From: an uncultured virus (IMG/VR IMGVR_UViG_3300045971_000981)
Taxonomy: Duplodnaviria; Heunggongvirae; Uroviricota; Caudoviricetes
DNA length: 64,000 bases
Virus record (IMG/VR): IMGVR_UViG_3300045971_000981
Direction: 5' to 3' (one strand)
The notes under the pieces were generated by a model, which searched no databases, was not told where the DNA came from, and saw nothing but the letters and a program-made list of their open reading frames with translations. Shown in pieces: positions 28,495 through 37,689 of the stretch. Each line of letters opens with the position of its first letter. The stretch's first letter is position 1. The position numbers were made by a program, and so were the translations under genes.

Positions 28495-28828
28495 AAATCC
28501 TCCTGAAAGCTTTTCAAGCCTGAGTGCCAAGCCATATCGACTGCGACGATCGGATCGACATCCTCGATCAGCACTTTCTCCCGCAGGCTTCGTATCGCCT
28601 TAATGTCCGCTGCCGTCAGCGTTTTACTTTCCGGGAACGGCTCCAGCAGATCAGAAACCTGAACTGAAAACGCAGCAGAGATTTTCTTCAGAATCTTAAC
28701 GCTTGGGTTCTCTTGCCATTTTCGATAGCGTTGACGCTGGAGATCTTAGCCAGCCTCTCTAACCCTTCCTGCGTTAATCCCACTATTTTTCGATAGCGGC
28801 GAATCCATTTCCCGACCATTATCAACAT
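28491..28828 (-). pseudogene. XRE-family HTH regulator with a 1-nt frameshift
   Basis: MLIMVGKWIRRYRKIVGLTQEGLERLAKISSVNAIENGKR; adding one A near 28709 continues NPSVKILKKISAAFSVQVSDLLE... to stop 28491. Confidence 0.75.
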
Positions 28829-28830
28829 CC

Positions 28831-29418
28831 TTACTCAAATTCGACCTGAACCTTTTCTCCCAGACCGCTAAGGAGATGGGTCAGGGTGAGCCTAGCTGAT
28901 TCGCGGGCAGCTACAATCAACTCTTGGTTGCCATTTATCTCCAGAGGTATCCGCTTGTTTGCGTTCGAGATCGCTAAGTCGCGGAGATCGCCAGAATTCT
29001 CTGTCGTAGCCAATCCTTTCGCACCCTCAAACAGGGTTCTTGTCTTGGCAGCATCCAAGACAGTTTCGGCAACGGGCTGGGGAATGGTCACCTTGACACC
29101 ATCATCCGTCCAAGTCATCTTTGCTTTGCTCAGGTCAACAGTAAAAACTGTCTTAGCCTGCACCACTAGTATCACGATCTGTTCCCCAACTTTCAGGTTT
29201 ACGACAGGGAGTATTTTGTTATCTGTGATTGGAGCAACCAACTCGGTGGTGACCTGGTAGACAACGAGTATTCCACGTTGCTGGATCTGGCTGATCACAA
29301 TGTCCCGTTTCTCAATCACTGGGGCAGAGGGCACTCCAGAGAAATGGCGGGCTGCGAGAGCACCGCTGCACAGGCTGATGATACAGATCGAACCAACAGC
29401 GAGAAACCGGGAAATCAT
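28831..29418 (-). CDS. DUF4230-like membrane-anchored protein
   Basis: N-terminal TM; VDLSK...VTIPQP...ARESA..L..LL..LG..VQVEF. Confidence 0.7.
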   Translation of the reverse strand: MISRFLAVGSICIISLCSGALAARHFSGVPSAPVIEKRDIVISQIQQRGILVVYQVTTELVAPITDNKILPVVNLKVGEQIVILVVQAKTVFTVDLSKAKMTWTDDGVKVTIPQPVAETVLDAAKTRTLFEGAKGLATTENSGDLRDLAISNANKRIPLEINGNQELIVAARESARLTLTHLLSGLGEKVQVEFE

Positions 29419-30254
29419 AATTGGTCTCCGATCTCGTCTTTGTAACCGCTGGCAATCTCCTCAAGCAACCAGATAATAGAGCTTGCCTCACAGTTTGCCC
29501 ATGCATCAACCTCGATTTCCGGCTTTTCTGGGAGATAAAACCGTCTAAATGACGCGATGTACCCCGCATCACGATGGTCACCATAGGCGAACTGCGGGAA
29601 TGTTAATGCATCGACTGGGTCAGCATCGACAGCTAACATTGCAGGCTGGGCAAGCTGAGTAGCTATTTCAACAGCAGCACCACAAGAACGAATTCCTGAA
29701 AGTTTGCGGATATGAATCTGTGGCGCATACATAGCTTCAACAGCCTTCACTGCGCGTTCCATCCGATCGCCACAACTTGCCGACTTAACCGCTGAGATTG
29801 CACTGGCTAACTTATCTTGAACTGTGACCCCCGTTAAAGCTGGGTCGCTTCCATAGCGGAACAAGACTAGATAGCTATCGTAGTCATCAGGATTATCGAC
29901 CAACAGAGCCGATCGCCATTTATCCTGCTTGATCGCAACCACCTTAGCATCACAGGAATCAAGTCTCAGGCAAGGTGTGTTCGTTTCCATGCCACCACTA
30001 TAAACAATGCCGTGCTCGGTCAGGTAGATGGATAAAGCTTCGATCGAATCGACTAGCCGATAGAGGCGATCGCCTAGATAGCGGCAGATTAAGCGATGAA
30101 TGACGTAGGGCATTTCGTCATCTTCTTTTTCTGGCGAAAACATTGAGACAACCTGAACGATCGATTCAACAATGTCATCCAGGTTGCAGTCTGCCATTTG
30201 CAGTTCATAGATGAACTGGCTGGTGGCTTGTGATACTCTTCCGAGGTCTTTCAT
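29415..30254 (-). CDS. Hypothetical protein
   Basis: 279-aa ORF with RBS. Confidence 0.65.
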   Translation of the reverse strand: MKDLGRVSQATSQFIYELQMADCNLDDIVESIVQVVSMFSPEKEDDEMPYVIHRLICRYLGDRLYRLVDSIEALSIYLTEHGIVYSGGMETNTPCLRLDSCDAKVVAIKQDKWRSALLVDNPDDYDSYLVLFRYGSDPALTGVTVQDKLASAISAVKSASCGDRMERAVKAVEAMYAPQIHIRKLSGIRSCGAAVEIATQLAQPAMLAVDADPVDALTFPQFAYGDHRDAGYIASFRRFYLPEKPEIEVDAWANCEASSIIWLLEEIASGYKDEIGDQL

Positions 30255-30261
30255 GGTTCTC

Positions 30262-30849
30262 CTAAATTAGCAAAACAGCATCATCGGGGATACTTTCCAG
30301 CTTCCCGTCTGGGTCAATCCAGCCAGGGACTCCCTCTGGGTAAGCTGCTTTGATTGACGCAGGGGTGAAAGCAGCGACACCAGGCATATCATCTAAAACC
30401 ATGCATAGAGCTGCCCTGACACAGCAATGGACTGGACTCTCCCAGCGATCGACAATTTCTTCCTTCAGATCCTCGCGTTTTTCCTCGTCGTCGGCATCAT
30501 CGTATTCATCCAGCAGTTCTACCTCTTCTTCGGTTGCGTAACTATGGAGCTGAAACCAGATCTCATCGAACGTCAGGATGTCGCATGGGGAAGGTGGGCA
30601 CAGCATGGCTCCGTTCATTTCATTACCATGATCTTCATGTCCTGGAGGATAGGGCAGGGTTTGACACCAACCCTCAATCAGATCAAAGTCCAGTTGAATT
30701 TCTTCAAAAAAATATTCAATCTCGTTCACGATCCACGCTAAATCGGGTTGCTGATTTTCTGCGTATTCAGCATTTGCTAATCTAAGAGCGCAGTCTAAGG
30801 CTCGACTCCACTTCTCGCTCACAATCACAGCGGATTCGTCTGTATTCAT
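30262..30849 (-). CDS. Acidic hypothetical protein
   Basis: ORF, ATGA-coupled. Confidence 0.65.
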   Translation of the reverse strand: MNTDESAVIVSEKWSRALDCALRLANAEYAENQQPDLAWIVNEIEYFFEEIQLDFDLIEGWCQTLPYPPGHEDHGNEMNGAMLCPPSPCDILTFDEIWFQLHSYATEEEVELLDEYDDADDEEKREDLKEEIVDRWESPVHCCVRAALCMVLDDMPGVAAFTPASIKAAYPEGVPGWIDPDGKLESIPDDAVLLI

Positions 30850-31478
30850 GCATCACCTCCGTTAATCTTTACTAGCAGAGAATCAAGACTTGGCAATTCT
30901 TCTTCGCTGGGCAAGCGTTCTATCTCTGCGACATCGACAGATATTTTGGTGCCATCTTCTAGTGATGAGATAATCCCGTAAACATAGACCAGATCGCCAA
31001 TGAGGTTACGGGCATCGACAATCAAGCCCAGGCTCGGATCAAAGAGCAAGTCTACGGGCTGCAACGTCACAGCATCGTTGACGAACAACGCATCATCCAG
31101 TGAACACAAAATGCCTTCAACAGCGCCATATGCTTGGTAGATGGCTACGTTTCTGGCTTCATGCTGCTGGACGATCTCGATCGCTTCAGCAGCAGCGTCA
31201 ACAAGATGGCGGAGGCAATCTACGTCCAGATCCTTATGTTCATCCAAAAAAATAACGACATCATTTCTGAGAAGAGCGGTAGCGCGATCGGGGTCGCCTT
31301 CGCTCTCAGTAAGACGCGGCTTCTGGACGATCGCAACCACTTCCCTGGCAGCACCAACAAGAATCTGGATTGCTTGCACCTTGGACTCACAATCTACCTG
31401 AAACTTCTGAGCTAAAGCCCATGCTACGTTCTCCGTAAGGGATTCGTAGAAATCCGACCTTTTCAATGCATGGTTCAC
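30846..31478 (-). CDS. Hypothetical protein
   Basis: ORF; C-terminus loosely similar to 31559..31987. Confidence 0.6.
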   Translation of the reverse strand: MNHALKRSDFYESLTENVAWALAQKFQVDCESKVQAIQILVGAAREVVAIVQKPRLTESEGDPDRATALLRNDVVIFLDEHKDLDVDCLRHLVDAAAEAIEIVQQHEARNVAIYQAYGAVEGILCSLDDALFVNDAVTLQPVDLLFDPSLGLIVDARNLIGDLVYVYGIISSLEDGTKISVDVAEIERLPSEEELPSLDSLLVKINGGDA

Positions 31479-31558
31479 GGTAAATTCCTCTTTTAATACT
31501 CAACAGTGTTTGTGCCAAGCGTCATGGCGATGATCGCTAGCTAGCGTCAATCTGTCTC

Positions 31559-31987
31559 TTATTCAATCTTCACGCGCTGCCCTGAAAGCTGCGTCACCCC
31601 CTGCACAGTAATAGAAAGTTCGCCATCAGCAAAAGAAATAGATCCATGAAGCCGAACTTGATTACCAACAAGCGCCTCAGCCTCTTTGTAAAGCTGCCTA
31701 GAATAAAGCGTCTCTTCAAATCTGCAAACGAGAACACTGCCATCGCTTGCAACCATACTCAAGACTGAATCATTTAGAGTCGGCACACCCTCGACTGCAA
31801 AGGAATGAGTGCCCTTGCCTATAAGCCCAATCATCACCATCGCGGTTCTAATTACGCTGTCCTTAGCTTTTTCAGCAGGATCGGGCTGATTAACAATCTC
31901 GAAATTCTCATTCACGAAGTCAACCAGCAAGGATACGACTTCCTTAAACAGGTCAAAACTCCCATCAGCATCTTGTCTACCGGACAT
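31559..31987 (-). CDS. Hypothetical protein (OB-fold-like C-terminus)
   Basis: ORF with RBS GGAGG. Confidence 0.6.
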   Translation of the reverse strand: MSGRQDADGSFDLFKEVVSLLVDFVNENFEIVNQPDPAEKAKDSVIRTAMVMIGLIGKGTHSFAVEGVPTLNDSVLSMVASDGSVLVCRFEETLYSRQLYKEAEALVGNQVRLHGSISFADGELSITVQGVTQLSGQRVKIE

Positions 31988-31996
31988 AGCAGCCTC

Positions 31997-32155
31997 CTAA
32001 ATTTGTCTAACCACAGCTTCTGCCTTTGCCTCCAGCTTCTGGAGCACAGGCAGAAGCGTGACCGCCCCACTCTTAGCATTTTTGCTTTGAGCTTTTTGCT
32101 TCAACTGCTGAACCACGCCCAAGAAGAGTTCAGCTTCTATTTGTTCTCGGTTCAT
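31997..32155 (-). CDS. Small protein MNREQIEAELFLGVVQQLK... (52 aa, below track cutoff)
   Basis: Manual translation; RBS GAGG upstream. Confidence 0.5.
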   Translation of the reverse strand: MNREQIEAELFLGVVQQLKQKAQSKNAKSGAVTLLPVLQKLEAKAEAVVRQI

Positions 32156-32205
32156 AAAATCTTCCTCAACTTCGGCAGTGACGAAGTGATCGTGATGTTT
32201 TTATT

Positions 32206-33446
32206 ATCGTCCACGATCTAAAATTCGTCAACGATCGTGGACGATCGTAAAAATCCTGTCGCAGATAAACTGCCTCGAATCCTAGGCAGCTTATCTGAAA
32301 CCATTGCCCTGCCTGAATCCTCGGATATCCGAGGATTGACTATCCAAAGGGTAAGAATTCTTTTCTTACCCTTTGAGGGTGCGCGAGATAACGGGGTTTC
32401 ACGGCTGCAACCCACCCCAGTAAAGCGTTTGAGGGTGCGCGAAATTAAAGGGTAGGGTGTTCGACAAATAGCACTTTTCAGCCCAAAAGTATCATGAACA
32501 GTGGAGTGTAGGGTGTTCGAGAACTAAAGGGTAGCAGATGAGTTGCTACCCTTGAATGATCCTGTTACGCAATCAATCGAGTTTTTCGGAATATTCCGAA
32601 AAACTCGAAAGTCAATCCCATCAAGAAATTCAGCAATTATCGTTAGTCGTTACGAGAATATTCTCGTAACGACTTTAACTGAGGTAAAAGCAAGGTGGTG
32701 AATTCAATGCATATCCTTAAACATTCCGGTCACACTCAAACACTTACGGGATGGTGACTTGAGTGTCGTCACTCAGATAAGCGTTTCGGGGTGCTGGAAA
32801 TAAACGATGATAGACACTTGCAACACTCTTCAGGCAAGAGGTTGAGGGTGCTGGAAATCTTAGCATTTAACTACCTCAGATCTGAGGTAGTTAAACTCAA
32901 AAGGTCAGCGGGAATTCCCGCTGACCTTTTGAGTTTTTTCCATTAATGGAAAAAACTCAAAACTCCCTTCAGTTATGTGTTTAAGGGTCTGCACTTTTCG
33001 CAGACCCTTAATGCTAGAATGATTACGTCACACAATCAAGTTTTACATTATGGTTAGAGGTGGACGCAGAGACGGCGCTGGCAGAAAAGCAACATGGGCA
33101 AAAGGGGAGACTAAAACTATTCGCGTCCCTGTAGCTTTGGCTGAAGAACTTCTGAGAATTGCTCATTTATTGGATGAGAACAAGACGGTTGACGATGTAA
33201 CAAAATCAAAGCACATTGACTTGTCTGGTGTCCCTGTTCAAGTCGTCAACGACCAATCTGCCGTGCTGTTGAAAAATCTAATAAAAGCAGGATTCAAAAT
33301 CAGACCATTCGGGCTGCAAGATTCTGTCAGAAGACAGATGGATAAGCAAGGTTACATTCCTGGGATCTTTTGAGGCTGCACTAAATCGCGTTCCCTCAGA
33401 TCTGAGGGAACGCTTAGAATTCATCCAGCATCGTGGACGATCGTAA
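32206..33446. repeat. Palindrome-dense island flanked by 33-bp imperfect direct repeats
   Basis: Perfect palindromes at 32316-32337, 32577-32608, 32645-32674, 32866-32895, 32893-32936, 32927-32962, 33388-33413; direct repeats 32218-32250 and 33414-33446. Confidence 0.9.
33050..33373 (+). CDS. Small DNA-binding protein (GGxRxGAGRK hook plus RHH-like TIRVP)
   Basis: MVRGGRRDGAGRKATW..GETKTIRVPVALAEELL, a motif common in cyanobacterial mobile elements. Confidence 0.7.
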   Translation: MVRGGRRDGAGRKATWAKGETKTIRVPVALAEELLRIAHLLDENKTVDDVTKSKHIDLSGVPVQVVNDQSAVLLKNLIKAGFKIRPFGLQDSVRRQMDKQGYIPGIF

Positions 33447-33758
33447 CGGAACCACAACCTTCGATAGATCCCTGACCAACGGCTCCAAATTGATTCGCTG
33501 CTTGCGCGGCTTCAGCACCGTAGGTAAACTCAGCTTGCGCCATTTTTTAGCCAGCGCCTGCACGATTTCCGTAGGCAATGCCCACGATCCAATCCGCAGC
33601 GGGCAGGATTGATAGCCCTCCCAGAGAAAAACGTTGTGGACTTCACAGCACAGCACGATCTCCTTGATGACTTTGGGGTCGGAGAATGTCTTGTTGTGCT
33701 GGTGCAGGTATAGGTGAATGAGTTCGAGATCTTCTGATAGGTCGATATTGCTCACCAA
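33414..33758 (-). CDS. Hypothetical protein downstream of dnaB
   Basis: ORF overlapping the dnaB stop. Confidence 0.55.
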   Translation of the reverse strand: MVSNIDLSEDLELIHLYLHQHNKTFSDPKVIKEIVLCCEVHNVFLWEGYQSCPLRIGSWALPTEIVQALAKKWRKLSLPTVLKPRKQRINLEPLVRDLSKVVVPLRSSTMLDEF

Positions 33759-35224
33759 GTCTCAACCCTCCCTAAATCCTCAAAGTAGCCATATTCGGGT
33801 TGGAATCCTAACCTGCAAACGCCACAGGGTCCATCCTTCACCTTCAACGCTCTCAGCTCAACAATGCCGCGATCGTCGGTGCCAGGGTTGTAATACTCAT
33901 CCCGATAGATGCCGACCAAAATATCTGCCTTCTCTTCGATCGCCCCACTACCCCGGAAATCAGATCGGGTAGGGCGCTTGTCGGGGCGCTGCTCCACTTC
34001 TCGGTTGAGCTGGCTCATGATCACAAGATCGCAGTTAACTTCCCGTGCCAGCTTCGACAAAGCTTTCATACTCTCCTCTAGCGCAAAGTGCTGGCGAATC
34101 TCGCCATAAGTGTTCTGGAGTTCTTGCAGGTAATCAATGAAAATCACCCCTACTTGCCCTAGAGAATCATCCCGTTGCTCTGAGATCTTCGACCTAACCT
34201 GAGCCTCAATGTACTGAGGCGTAGCATAGGTGTTGTCGTCGATCCAAATAGGCAAGTCGCTCACCATCAAATCTGAGATTGCCGATCCCACGATCGTCCA
34301 TTCCTGATCTTGGAGAGTGCCACCAACCATCCGCGAATAGGGCACCCCAGCATAATTATGCTGCCCCCAAGACGTAAACCTAGAGGCTAAAGAAATCGCC
34401 CGTCGGGTCATGGCAGAACTGGAGGTTTCCACCGTAAAACAGATTGCTCCAATTCCTTGAGTTGCCGCATTCCGGACAAGCGCACCCATCAGGGCTGACT
34501 TACCCATGCTGGTTCGACCGCCGATCACGATCGTCCGACCACCACTAACCCCAGGTCGCTTGAACCCACCCCCCAAGAATCCATCAAAGCTGGGGAACCC
34601 TGTAGACGAGTAGCTAATCTCTCCATCGGATGAGGCTGACGACATCCTTGCAGCCTCATCATTCACCAAGTCATTCAGCCGTCTGAGACCCGCAGATTCT
34701 GCTCTCTGTACCAGACGATAAACATCAGCCAGCTTCTTTTCGAGTTGCCCTAAAATCTCCAGCGTCTCCATCGCTGTCTCTCGCATCGCCATGCGCTGAG
34801 CTTCAACCCCGATCTCGGCAACAAGCCTGCGGGCATATTTATCCATCACCAGCAAGGCGTACTGATCGATGTTGACCGCAGAAATAGTTCGGTCAAGAAT
34901 CTGAACTATCCTACTCTGTCCGCCAAACTGCTCTAGAACGCCACGATCTTTCAGCCAACTAGAGATCATCATCAGGTCTGTAGGTTCCTGCCTTCTATGC
35001 AGATCCAGTAGCCCACGATAAATCATCTGATGCGCTTTCAGGTAAAACGCTTCCGGTACTAACAGCGGCTCCACCCTAGCGATCGCGCTAGGGTCAAAAA
35101 TAATCCCGCCTAAGATCGCTTCCTCAGCTTCAACATTCTGCGGGGGGATCAACTCCTCGATCGTGCGTTTTCCTCCAGAGAAATCAGCGCTTAAAACGTT
35201 CTGGCTAGATTCAGGTAGATTCAT
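33752..35224 (-). CDS. dnaB: Replicative DNA helicase DnaB-like
   Basis: PPQNVEAEEAILGG, GGRTSMGKS, IFIDYLQ, MSQLNREVEQRPDKRPT.SD.RGSGAIEEKAD, YRDEYYNP. Confidence 0.95.
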   Translation of the reverse strand: MNLPESSQNVLSADFSGGKRTIEELIPPQNVEAEEAILGGIIFDPSAIARVEPLLVPEAFYLKAHQMIYRGLLDLHRRQEPTDLMMISSWLKDRGVLEQFGGQSRIVQILDRTISAVNIDQYALLVMDKYARRLVAEIGVEAQRMAMRETAMETLEILGQLEKKLADVYRLVQRAESAGLRRLNDLVNDEAARMSSASSDGEISYSSTGFPSFDGFLGGGFKRPGVSGGRTIVIGGRTSMGKSALMGALVRNAATQGIGAICFTVETSSSAMTRRAISLASRFTSWGQHNYAGVPYSRMVGGTLQDQEWTIVGSAISDLMVSDLPIWIDDNTYATPQYIEAQVRSKISEQRDDSLGQVGVIFIDYLQELQNTYGEIRQHFALEESMKALSKLAREVNCDLVIMSQLNREVEQRPDKRPTRSDFRGSGAIEEKADILVGIYRDEYYNPGTDDRGIVELRALKVKDGPCGVCRLGFQPEYGYFEDLGRVETW

Positions 35225-35267
35225 GAGGGTAAGTCCTTAAATCAGTTTTAGGGGCAAAAACGCAGGG

Positions 35268-36461
35268 CTAGGAAGCCGCTCTATTCCGAGTCTGCATGGC
35301 AAGCTTGATCTTAGCCATAGCGTCTTTCGCTGCCTGTGCAGCCCTTGCCTTGGAATCAGGATCATCGATCGGCTGATATAACGACAATTGCTTCTGGGGT
35401 TTCTCAACCGATTGCTGCTGTTCAGCGATCGCTGTTTCGTAGATAGAGACGATCAGGTCAATGTCCGCACCCGTGACCCCTTCAGGTTTCGCCCTGTAAG
35501 CAAGATAGGAGCAAGCATCGCCATGCATCGCAGGCTTGCCGCAGGCAGCTAGCTTTTTCTGAACTGCCTTAACCAAAGCAGGATGCCAATCGTTAGAGAA
35601 CTTATCGCCATGCAGTTCCTTGTGGATAGGCTGACTCGCCTCATGAGATCGCAATGCCTTGTGATAAGTCCTGCGATCCGAAGCAAATCTTGCAGCCATT
35701 GGATCTACCAAACCTTGTTGAGAAATATTATCAACAGCGGCGGAACGGTTCGGTTGAGTCTCTGTCGGTTGCAGATCTTCGGATTGACAGGAAACGGGAT
35801 TCTGGTTTGGCGATTCTGGTTCTTCAGGAACTGGCACAGTGAGATCGCCTTCCAATTCCTGAATTTCAAAAATTTTACCTGCGCCTTCTTCTTCTTTTAA
35901 AAGATCTTCTTTTCTTATATATAGACGATCGGTAAAACTTCCGAGCGTAGAATTCGTCTGATCTTCATGTCCTGACTGCGATCGATCGCGATCTCCCCGC
36001 TCGGAAGTTTTACCGAGGGTAGCCTCGGAAGTTTTACCGAGCGGATCGGAAGATTTACCGCACGGCGGATCTGACACATCTGCTCCGCGAATTGCCTGAT
36101 TTATCGTCCTTACATGCAGGAAGAACTCCATCCCCTGATTGAAGCTGTCCGTCTGGGTGGAAATAAATCCTTTGGCTTCTAGATCCTTGATCTGAGACCG
36201 GATGGTTTTCTCTGAGACGCTGCATAGCAAACCCTCTTCGATCGACCCACCAAACTTCTCTGATTTCTTCCTGATGATGCGCTTACCTAGCGCGATCGTC
36301 TCCAGTCCGTGGTTTGGGTTGTTCGCTAATACCCCATTAGCCCAATACTCAAAAAGGCTGAGAATCTGCGCGGCAACTGGGTGCCCTGCGATCTCTAAGT
36401 AGTCTGACCGGAGCATAACGAATACATGCCCAGGCTTGTGATCGATAATCGATTCACGCAT
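35268..36461 (-). CDS. Phage replication initiator (lambda O-like, N-terminal wHTH)
   Basis: Directly upstream of dnaB; SEKTIRSQIKDLEAKGFI wHTH; internal iterons. Confidence 0.75.
   Translation of the reverse strand: MRESIIDHKPGHVFVMLRSDYLEIAGHPVAAQILSLFEYWANGVLANNPNHGLETIALGKRIIRKKSEKFGGSIEEGLLCSVSEKTIRSQIKDLEAKGFISTQTDSFNQGMEFFLHVRTINQAIRGADVSDPPCGKSSDPLGKTSEATLGKTSERGDRDRSQSGHEDQTNSTLGSFTDRLYIRKEDLLKEEEGAGKIFEIQELEGDLTVPVPEEPESPNQNPVSCQSEDLQPTETQPNRSAAVDNISQQGLVDPMAARFASDRRTYHKALRSHEASQPIHKELHGDKFSNDWHPALVKAVQKKLAACGKPAMHGDACSYLAYRAKPEGVTGADIDLIVSIYETAIAEQQQSVEKPQKQLSLYQPIDDPDSKARAAQAAKDAMAKIKLAMQTRNRAAS
35887..36062. promoter_or_regulatory. Probable replication origin: iterons plus AT-rich tract inside the initiator gene
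   Basis: CTCGGAAGTTTTACCGAG at 36000 and 36024, variant at 36045, inverted copy 35929-35945, AT-rich tract 35887-35925. Confidence 0.75.
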
Positions 36462-36661
36462 AGTTTTTCCCTTCTAATTAGCTAGCCGCAATGGTTTGTG
36501 GTGAAAAATGTGGCGAAAGAGTTGCAGCACTATCAGGGAAAATGGTAGAATCGATTAGACTAAAAAAATTGATCGGTCTTGACGGGTGAACTATTTGCAG
36601 TAGTTCTGGGCGATTCTTCCATTTCCCCTTCTCCCTGATAGCCCTTCCTCTTACGACGAGT

Positions 36662-36709
36662 CACAAAGCCGAGCTAACCCACCGAGGGTCGCTCGGCTTT
36701 GTGATTTTT
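36662..36709 (+). terminator. Hairpin, terminator-like
   Basis: CACAAAGCCGAGC...GCTCGGCTTTGTG followed by ATTTTT. Confidence 0.5.
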
Positions 36710-36855
36710 CATTGGGCATGTATTCCAAGAATTTCATTTCGTCCACATGTTTTTGAGCGTGATCGGATTCTACTTTATTTTTAATAATAAAGATCTACAT
36801 CGTTTAAGTTATTATTTTGTGGTAACTTTGTGATCATGATAGAGAAGGTGGTCCC

Positions 36856-37161
36856 ATGAGCAGGAACGAGAGTCGTGTTGTTGTTGAGATAGAGTTGCCG
36901 GAGAACTTTGGCGATCGCCTTAGGCGATTGATGCAGCTCAATAATTTCAATAGCGCTCAGGATCTTGCCGATGCTATTGGCAAGGAGAAGCACCTTTGTC
37001 ATCGGTGGCTAAAACAGTCAAAACCTCCCAGTATGGATCCATTCATCGTGAATCTTCTCCCTCAAGTTCTTAAGGTTCCCCCTGCTGTGCTGTTTGGATA
37101 TTTGCCTGACCAGCAGGCTAGGCTCGATGCAATATCGTCGTCAGAAAGACGTTGCGCTTGA
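36856..37161 (+). CDS. XRE-like HTH regulator
   Basis: FGDRLRRLM...SAQDLADAIG....CHRW...VLKVPPAVLFG. Confidence 0.65.
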   Translation: MSRNESRVVVEIELPENFGDRLRRLMQLNNFNSAQDLADAIGKEKHLCHRWLKQSKPPSMDPFIVNLLPQVLKVPPAVLFGYLPDQQARLDAISSSERRCA

Positions 37162-37499
37162 GTCGGCTCTGGCACCTCAATCTTTAGTATCGCCTGAACT
37201 TGGTCGCGCAGGCACGATCGTTGTCCTTTGTCATCAACCGCTAACCAATCAAGATGTGCCACCCTGGCTGCCTGCGCGATTGCCTCTTTGAGCGTCCCAA
37301 ACAAGCCAAGAACTTCCAGTCTTGTCCCAGTTGGTGTGTGAGAGACCCCAAAGAAGTTGCCATCAGTCATCCGGTGGGCGAAAAGGTATTGCCCAACTGG
37401 GAACCCCTCTATCTTCACCACTCCTTTTTTGGTGAATAGCGAAAACTTAGACAACTTCGATATAGCAGTCAACTGGCACCTCTGAGATCGTAATATCAT
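37062..37499 (-). CDS. Hypothetical protein
   Basis: ORF; start uncertain. Confidence 0.4.
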   Translation of the reverse strand: MILRSQRCQLTAISKLSKFSLFTKKGVVKIEGFPVGQYLFAHRMTDGNFFGVSHTPTGTRLEVLGLFGTLKEAIAQAARVAHLDWLAVDDKGQRSCLRDQVQAILKIEVPEPTQAQRLSDDDIASSLACWSGKYPNSTAGGTLRT

Positions 37500-37689
37500 T
37501 TGCTGCCGTGCAATCCCCTAGTCGTCTCACGGCAAATTCAGCAGCCAAGCGACTACGAAACATCGCCTTCTCAGGAATCCTGCCATCGCCTGGATATAGC
37601 CAAGCGCTAGCCCCGTCGATCGACGATGCGATCATAACTCCCCTAAACCCCATAGTGGGTTCAGTCCCTAACACCACAAACCTCTGCAT
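37447..37689 (-). CDS. Small hypothetical protein
   Basis: ORF coupled to the upstream stop. Confidence 0.5.
   Translation of the reverse strand: MQRFVVLGTEPTMGFRGVMIASSIDGASAWLYPGDGRIPEKAMFRSRLAAEFAVRRLGDCTAANDITISEVPVDCYIEVV

Noticed and set aside
27223..28828. Complete restriction-modification system
   Set aside because: No endonuclease recognisable next to the methyltransferase
32376..32450. XerCD dif sites (GGTGCGC...)
   Set aside because: No XerD arm (TTATGTTAAAT-like) at the expected spacing
32218..32455. ORFs 32218..32415 (-) and 32237..32455 (+)
   Set aside because: They run through hairpins and repeats; only the last 10 codons of the minus ORF are explained, by the duplicated gene end
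32577..32962. Single protelomerase (telRL) site
   Set aside because: Many different palindromes rather than one, and no protelomerase recognised in the window; not fully excluded
32206..33050. CRISPR array
   Set aside because: Repeats are not identical or regularly spaced; the palindromes differ from each other
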